64,000 bases of DNA from Bdellovibrionales bacterium (lineage in GTDB: Bacteria > Bdellovibrionota > Bdellovibrionia > Bdellovibrionales > UBA1609). Position numbers and translations under genes: made by a program. Positions 57,378-64,000 of the stretch are shown here, piece after piece; the first letter of the stretch is position 1; each line of letters starts with the position of its first letter. Under the pieces are notes generated by a model. It did not search any database. It was given only the letters and a program-made list of their open reading frames with translations, and was not told the origin of the DNA. The stretch is taken from the NCBI GenBank assembly GCA_965219095.1, contig CBDCMT010000001.1:1-64000 (forward strand), read 5' to 3'.

Positions 57378-57443
57378 CCCTCTAATCCATCTTTGTCCAC
57401 TTTGTACAAAGTTGTCTTGCTTCTTCATATGTCATAAAACCTC

Positions 57444-58841
57444 CTAAACAATTGCTTTATTTTTAATCATCTTTAACTGGTGAGTAATTTTCATCCAAGA
57501 ACATAAAATCATAACAGCAATGCTTATAACCCCCACACACAAACCAATCCAAAGACCTGTCAATCTCAGATGAAAACTAAAGCAAAGTATCAATGCCAAT
57601 AACAGTCCTATGGGATAATACCCTATAGCACAAGCTACAGAAGCCGTCTTTGTATGCCCTAACCCTCTTAAAGCCCCGGTAGCGCATGCTTGTACAGCAT
57701 CAAAAACTTGAAACACAGCCCCCCAAAATATAATTTTAGATCCCATACGAATCACATTAAGATCATAAGTGAACCAACTTAAAATCATTTCTGGAAAATT
57801 AAACAAAACAACTGCGATGATTGACATTATAAAAATTCCAATGATGATGGAGATCCAGCCGGCTTGTTTAGCATGCTCTCTATCGCCGGTTCCAACAAAG
57901 TACCCCACTCTATAGGCTGCAGCACTTGAAAGTCCCACTGGAAACATGTAAGTAAAAGAAACAATCATGATGACAACATGGTGGGCTGCTGTTTCATAAG
58001 GGTTAAGCCAGGCGGCAAACACAGTGGTAAGAGAAAAAATACCCACTTCAAAAACTTGCTGCCATCCTGCTGGAATTCCTAATCTTAATACATTATGTGC
58101 AAATGTTCGATCTATAGAAAAAGGGTTTAAAAGTTTTTTTAAATTAAAATTTCTATTTGTTTTAAAATAATTGAATGTCAGCATAAACATGGCTAAACAA
58201 AGACTTCCTCTAGAAAAGTTTGTAGCTACGGCTGCACCATAAACACCCCAGGATGGAAAGCCAAATTCACCAAAAATCAAGGCTCTATTGGCAAAATAAT
58301 TTATAACATTAGCAACCAACACCATCACTAATATTGGTTTTGTCACTTTTCGACTTTGCCAATACCTTTGCATACCTGTAAAAAAGAGTAAAAAAGGTAA
58401 TCCTGTACCTATAATGGCAAGGTATATTTCAGCATTTTCTAAAAGAGATGGGTCTGATTTAAACACCCAAAGATTTTTAGAAATGAAAAGAATCAAAGGT
58501 GAGAAAATGATAGACAGATAAAAACAGAACTTTAAACTTTGATACAATATACTTTCAAGAGTTTTTGAATTTCCTGCTCCATAGGCTTGAGATGTAATGG
58601 TATCCAGGGCTGACAAAATCCCCATCGCAAAAACCGCTATCACCCAAAAAATAGATCGAGCCAATCCAGCACTAGCTAGAGAATTTGTATCAATACGACC
58701 TAACATCACTGTATCTACAAGGCCCATTAACATAAAACTTACTTGAGCCAAAACTATAGGAAAAGCAAACCGAATGGTGTTTTTTAATTCGTCTCTAAAA
58801 GAATGTGATTTCAAAAACATACTCTTCATCGTACTTTTCAT
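57444..58841 (-). CDS. MATE-family efflux transporter (NorM-like)
   Basis: About 12 TM; PIVLAQ..GLVDTVMLG, SQAYGAG, LGIPAG..E, FQVFDAVQ..GALRGLG; TAATG coupling to the hydroxylase gene. Confidence 0.93.
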   Translation of the reverse strand: MKSTMKSMFLKSHSFRDELKNTIRFAFPIVLAQVSFMLMGLVDTVMLGRIDTNSLASAGLARSIFWVIAVFAMGILSALDTITSQAYGAGNSKTLESILYQSLKFCFYLSIIFSPLILFISKNLWVFKSDPSLLENAEIYLAIIGTGLPFLLFFTGMQRYWQSRKVTKPILVMVLVANVINYFANRALIFGEFGFPSWGVYGAAVATNFSRGSLCLAMFMLTFNYFKTNRNFNLKKLLNPFSIDRTFAHNVLRLGIPAGWQQVFEVGIFSLTTVFAAWLNPYETAAHHVVIMIVSFTYMFPVGLSSAAAYRVGYFVGTGDREHAKQAGWISIIIGIFIMSIIAVVLFNFPEMILSWFTYDLNVIRMGSKIIFWGAVFQVFDAVQACATGALRGLGHTKTASVACAIGYYPIGLLLALILCFSFHLRLTGLWIGLCVGVISIAVMILCSWMKITHQLKMIKNKAIV

Positions 58842-60178
58842 TAAGTCAACAAATCTCGATTAAGTTCTGGAAGATTTTTATTTCCAGAATGAAGGGGAAT
58901 ATATTTAGAAAGAATATGGTCGGAAAGTCTTCCAAGACAACTTAAACTCGCAAATCCCGGCCCCTGATTGAGTCCCGCCATCATGGGTAAATGAAGCGAT
59001 GGCTGCAATCCTGAAATTGCAAGATTTTCATCAATTCTTTTTTCAACATTCTGAGCACTAAGCTCTTTTAATTTTGTTTGACGGAGTATTGATTCTTTTG
59101 CATTTTCACTTAAAAGTTTTTCTACAAAATCCATGTGATTAAAACCAGTTGTAATAACAACTAAGTCATAAATTCGTTTTTCCCGATCTTTATCATATTC
59201 AATGTCAAGTACAATTTGGTTAAGAGAGTCAATGCCAATGGATCGACAAGTTCCTGGAATGATTTCCACATTTGATAAACGATCCAAATCTCTTTTAGTA
59301 AGAAAAGAGAAAACTCCCTTATCAGTGCGGTTGATAAAATTCCTCCTATCTTTTTCGGTTAATTGGAGCCAGTTTCCTTGGAAAGGATCAGTGTAGATAT
59401 GGTTTTCTGCGTAGCTTTCGCCTCGTGTATAAGTCATTGCATTAGGAGAGATGATATCGACATGAAAGCTTGGATCGAGCTGTCCTAATGTTACAGCAAT
59501 AGCTGCTGAACTTTCACCAGAACCCACTAAAGCGGCTTGAATGTTTTTTTCTTTTGTGTAATCTTCGTGGGTTTTCCAAAAGTTTTCTGTTTTTAATATT
59601 CTAGGATGGTGCGGAATACAAAAGGGGAGATGAGTTGATCCTGGACCTGTGATCACTAAACTGTCAGAAAAGTGATCAAAAAAACGTCCTTCAGAACTTT
59701 CGGCTTGAACCCTCCACCTTCCATTATCAATATCTATGGATTTAACTGCTGCATTTATATACTGAACTTCACTTTGAACTTTATGAAACACCCATTCCAT
59801 ATACTCAGCCCACATGTGATGGGAGGGAGCAGGTCGTCCTCGGTCGATCCAATCTGCATATTGATGTTTCCCAATAAAAAAACTCTGCCAAGAAAATTGC
59901 TGCATTAATGCATCCACCATGCGATTTTCAGAATCACCCCAACAAAAAGAATAATAAGGAAATCCTAAATCTTTTTCAGGAGATGTTCCCAAGGGAAGTT
60001 GACCATTTGTGTACCCAGAACCATTTCGCCAATGATGGCCTACCTCTTCTTTCTCAAAAAGGATAAGAGAAGGGACAGGAAAACCAACTTTTTTGAGAAC
60101 AAATGCTTTTGTAATGACGGCAAGTGCCTTAGGCCCCGCTCCAATAAGAGCTAAAGTTTTTTGTTCTTTCTTAGCCAT
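58841..60178 (-). CDS. L-lysine N6-monooxygenase (MbtG-like, SidA/IucD/PvdA family)
   Basis: IGAGPKA, LGTSPEKDLGFPY, WIDRGRPAP, VGSGESSA, QGPGFASLSCLGRLSD, as recalled for mycobacterial MbtG. Confidence 0.9.
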   Translation of the reverse strand: MAKKEQKTLALIGAGPKALAVITKAFVLKKVGFPVPSLILFEKEEVGHHWRNGSGYTNGQLPLGTSPEKDLGFPYYSFCWGDSENRMVDALMQQFSWQSFFIGKHQYADWIDRGRPAPSHHMWAEYMEWVFHKVQSEVQYINAAVKSIDIDNGRWRVQAESSEGRFFDHFSDSLVITGPGSTHLPFCIPHHPRILKTENFWKTHEDYTKEKNIQAALVGSGESSAAIAVTLGQLDPSFHVDIISPNAMTYTRGESYAENHIYTDPFQGNWLQLTEKDRRNFINRTDKGVFSFLTKRDLDRLSNVEIIPGTCRSIGIDSLNQIVLDIEYDKDREKRIYDLVVITTGFNHMDFVEKLLSENAKESILRQTKLKELSAQNVEKRIDENLAISGLQPSLHLPMMAGLNQGPGFASLSCLGRLSDHILSKYIPLHSGNKNLPELNRDLLT

Positions 60179-60558
60179 AAAAACCTCCTTTTTAATTCTA
60201 AAACTTCAAGAAAGCTCAAAAAGCAACTTTACTACTACTCCATTCGTTCTATCAGTTCAAGAGATTTCTAATGAATTTATCTGCAGAAAACAAGACACAT
60301 AGTTTCTTTTTGTTTTTTGCTTACTCTCAAGAGAGGCTAATTAAAATACTCTAAAGTAGGAATTCATACAGAAGGTGAAGCTTTATCAGGAGGTGTCGTC
60401 AATTGATTTAATGTGGAAAACTTACCAGCAAAGATCAATAGAAAAGCGCAGAAGCCTTATGATAAAGACATTTATAAATTGTCTATCAAAAAGAAGGAGC
60501 CTGTAATTAGGCTCTGTAGAGCCTGTAATAAATTACAAGCTTCAGCTTCCCATTCTTC

Positions 60559-61813
60559 TTATTTTGACTCACAAGTTCTATAAACTTTCGTTAATATTTT
60601 CTCTATACCTAAAACATAAACCTTTCTATTAGAGCGTATGACAATTTTTCCATCATCCATTATAACAGGAGAGGAATAAGGCCAATCGGGACAACCAAAT
60701 GTTTCAAAAGAAGCTAATTTAACCAACTCACCACTTCCCCAAGAAGTAGACTTAAGCTTTAAAACATAAACCTTTCCACCAGAACTTATGACAATTCTTC
60801 CACCATCCATTATAGCAGGAGAAGATCCTATCATCTGTTTCAAAAGAAGCTAATACAGCTAACATAGTAACTCCGAAAGCATACCTCTTAAGCTTTAAAA
60901 CATAAACCTTTCTATTAGAGCGTATGATAATTTTTCCATCATCCATTATAACAGGAGAGGAATAAATCGCTTTATCTATTTGAAAAGAGACCATTTTAAC
61001 TAACTTCTTACCCTTAAGTTTTAAAACATAAACCTTTCTAGTAAAGTTTATGACAATTGTTTCATCATCCATTATAGCAGGAGAAGAATAAATCACTTCA
61101 TCTGTTTTAAAGGAGGCCATTTTAACTAACTTCTTACCCTTAAGTTCTAAAACATAAACCTCTCTATTAGAATTTATGACAATTCTTCCATAATCCATTA
61201 CAACAAAATAGAAAGGTAAACTTATAGCACCTGTTTTAAAAGAGGCCATTTTAACTAACTTCTTACCCTTAAGTTCTAAAACATAAAACTCTCTACCAAA
61301 ACTTGTAACAATTCTTTCATTATCCATTACAACAGGAGAGGTATGAATCACAGCAGTTCTTTCAAAAAAAGCCACTTCAGCTAACTTCTTACCCAAAAGC
61401 TCTAAAACATGAATCCCTCTACTAGAACGTATGACAATTTTTCCATCATTCATTATAGCAGGAGAGGAATAAATTAGACCACCTATTTCAAAAGAAGCCA
61501 CTTCAACTAACTTATTATCCCAAAAACTATCCCAAAAACCCTTAGGCTCTAAAACATAAACAACACCTCTACTAGAACGTATGACAATTTTTCCATCATT
61601 CATTATAGCAGGAGAGGAATAACTCACATCATCTAATTCTTTACTTGCATATCTGAATTTAAACTTATAAACTTCCTCTTCTTTGAAACATATTTTATCA
61701 TGAGAGTCTCCTAAAGCGTAGTATTGTGCTGACTTTTTCTGAAAGACAAAAAAGCTGGAAAAAGCAAAGATTAGACTTAAGCTCGCTAAATGGAAAAAAA
61801 TTTTTGTTTTCAT
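60559..61813 (-). pseudogene. Secreted beta-propeller-like repeat protein (about 40-aa repeats) with a frameshift near 60830
   Basis: About 8 repeats of YSSP(A/V)IMDDGKIVI.S..KVYVL.LKGKKLV..ASF; the last two are in another frame (60559-60843). Confidence 0.75.
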
Positions 61814-62062
61814 AATTTACCTCCTATTGGTTTGAAAGTGTTTAATTTTTTGTTTTTAAGTCCTGTTCTCTATGTTAAGTCAAGTGAAGGACTCTTAACG
61901 TAACTGTTCAGAAAAATTCTAGTAAATTGTTGAAATTTCACTAAAAGCTCCTATGCCTATAATGTTATATGATGTTTTTCGTTTAGATTTTCAGATTTTT
62001 TGAGTTAGGGTCTAGTTTTTATTCAAAAGTATTGATAAATCGTCATTTGTTTTAAAAAATAG

Positions 62063-64000
62063 GTAACTGCTCACTCTCGTAAGTTTTTATTTAAAGCCAT
62101 AGAGATGGCTTCTAAAGAAGAATACCCTCTATTTCTCATTGTTTTAACATAGCTGGTAATACGACAAAAATATTTCGCCATTTCTTCTGTTCTGAAACAC
62201 CCTGACACTTTCTTTTTCACTTTAGTCATTCTTAGATCTCTTTCAGATCTGTTATTAGTAGGATCTACGTTCTTTCTTTTAGAAAAACACAGTATTTCTG
62301 CTTCATACTTTTTAAATCGCAGCCAAAGGTTTTGAGCTTGTGTATGCTTTATTTGTAATAGACGTTATATGATCTGACAGTTACCCTTTCTGGGTTGATA
62401 AAAAACTGTCTGTCAGTTTTCGTTCTGTTCAATCATCTTTTGCCTTACTTTTTGTTTTCCGTCAAGGAAAGTTTCCATAGGTGTTCGACCACAACACATT
62501 TTTCCCTGATGAGTTCTCCTTTCATTATATTTCACAAGCCACAAGTCAAGGTCAGACTGCAACTCTTCTATGCTTTTGTACACTTTTTTTCTAAACTCCA
62601 CTTGATAAAACTCCTCTAAAATTGTTCTATGAAATCTTTCACAGATGCCATTGGTTTGAGGATGTCTTGCCTTTGTTTTTGTGTGCTCTATATCATTGAT
62701 AGCCAAATAAAGCTCATAATCGTGACGATCTTGAACTCCACAGAACTCTGTACCCCTATCTGTTAACATACGAAGCAGGGGCACATCATGGTCTTCAAAA
62801 AAAGGAAACACTCTATCATTGAGAAGGTCAGCTGCTGTAATAGGTGTTTTCGTTTTATAGAGCTTACAGAAAGCAACTTTTGAGTAAGTGTCCACAAAGG
62901 TTTGTTGATAAAGACGTCCTACACCTTTCATAGTTCCCACATAAAAAGTGTCCTGTGAGCCTAAATAACCAGGATGAGCTGTCTCTACCTCTCCGCACTC
63001 TAAATCCTCTTGTTTCTTCTTCTCTAGGGCTTGTAACTGCTCCTCTGTGAAAACCAAGCCTTCCTCTGCAGACTTCTTTTCTAAAGCTTTCAAACGCTTT
63101 TTGAAAGTCTCTAAATTATTTCTCAGCCAGACCCCTCTAACTCCTGCAGGAGAAATAAAAATTCCTTTTTTCCTTAACTCATTGGACGCTCTCAACTGTC
63201 CATAGGCAGGAAGTTCTATAGCGATCCTTAAACAAGCCTCTTCTGTCGTTTGATCAACTCTGTTTTTTAAATTAGGCTTTCTACGACTTTGCTCTCTTAA
63301 TGATTCTAAACCTCCTTCCTCTTTGAGTGTCTTGTAACGATAAAATGTATCTCTTGAAAAGCCCATCACCTTACAAGCTTGAGATACATTGCCTAACTCT
63401 TCTGCTAATTGCAAAAGACCTACTTTTGATTTTATAATTCTTTCTTGATATGTCATTTTTGTTATCCTTTCTCCACCCTTTGGGGTGGTATTGTTTATTT
63501 AAAAGGGTAACCTCTTTTCATCTCTTTGACATTTCGAGACGTGTCAGATTAAGTTGCGACTATTACACTTTATTCGTCCTTTCTTGCCATTTTTCTTAGG
63601 AAATTCTGGAAGCTCTTTTAAGCCTTTTGTAAGAATACTCCTATACCTTCTCTGAAGAGTTTCGTACTCTTTTTGAGTCAGAACTCTTGACTCTTTTTTA
63701 TGAACTAACTCCACAGTCTCTTTAAGAAGTTTTTTGAGATTTGTAGCCCATTTGAATCCATTGCTTTCTTCTATAAATTTAAGCTCTCTCAAAAGGTGAG
63801 CCACACACAAAGCATGAGTTATCTTATCATAACAAAAGTAAGGACTCCAACAATCATGCACAAGCACTCCTCCATATCTATCCAAGAGACCAATATCTTT
63901 TATGGCTTCCCTTCCACCTGAAAGGTGGAGAAACTGCAAGACTAATTCTCCTGAACTATAAGTATGAATCCAGTAGTTTTTACCCTTAACCCTCATAGAG
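62063..64000 (-). mobile_element. IS66-family (single-ORF type) element interrupted by IS481; runs off the window
   Basis: End gtaactgctcac; VHDCWSPY, HALCVAHLLREL, PTNNRSERDLRM. Confidence 0.88.
62354..63567 (-). mobile_element. IS481, intact (transposase 62413-63456)
   Basis: 1214 bp; 7-bp TSD ctttatt. Confidence 0.95.

Noticed and set aside
58841..60178. Siderophore cluster
   Set aside because: No NIS/NRPS synthetase or iron-uptake gene in the window
60559..61700. CRISPR array
   Set aside because: Repeats are about 120-bp in-frame coding units with no unique spacers, and no cas genes are present

Overview
AT-rich bacterial chromosome segment, probably from a Bdellovibrionota-like lineage (TIGR02147-type regulator, CPAF-like S41 protease, many secreted proteins); the taxon is an inference. 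It is undergoing heavy insertion-sequence expansion: ISL3, IS481, IS3, two IS630 types, two IS1634 types, IS66, IS982 and IS110 relics plus MITEs cover roughly 40-45% of the window by hand tally, are often nested, and have broken several genes (scpB, a DnaQ-like exonuclease, secreted proteins). Main finding: a candidate N-N bond (hydrazine) natural-product gene cluster. Left half (39855-44765): cupin-MetRS-like hydrazine synthetase, FAD-dependent oxidase, GNAT and ATP-grasp ligase. Right half (55815-60178): sarcosine-oxidase-like enzyme, MATE exporter and MbtG-like lysine N6-hydroxylase. The halves lie about 11 kb apart, but target-site duplications show that the gap is one IS630 split by an IS481-bounded 9.7 kb insert, plus a MITE, so they were probably adjacent originally. 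No rRNA, tRNA or CRISPR array was seen. All family calls come from motif recognition, not database searches.
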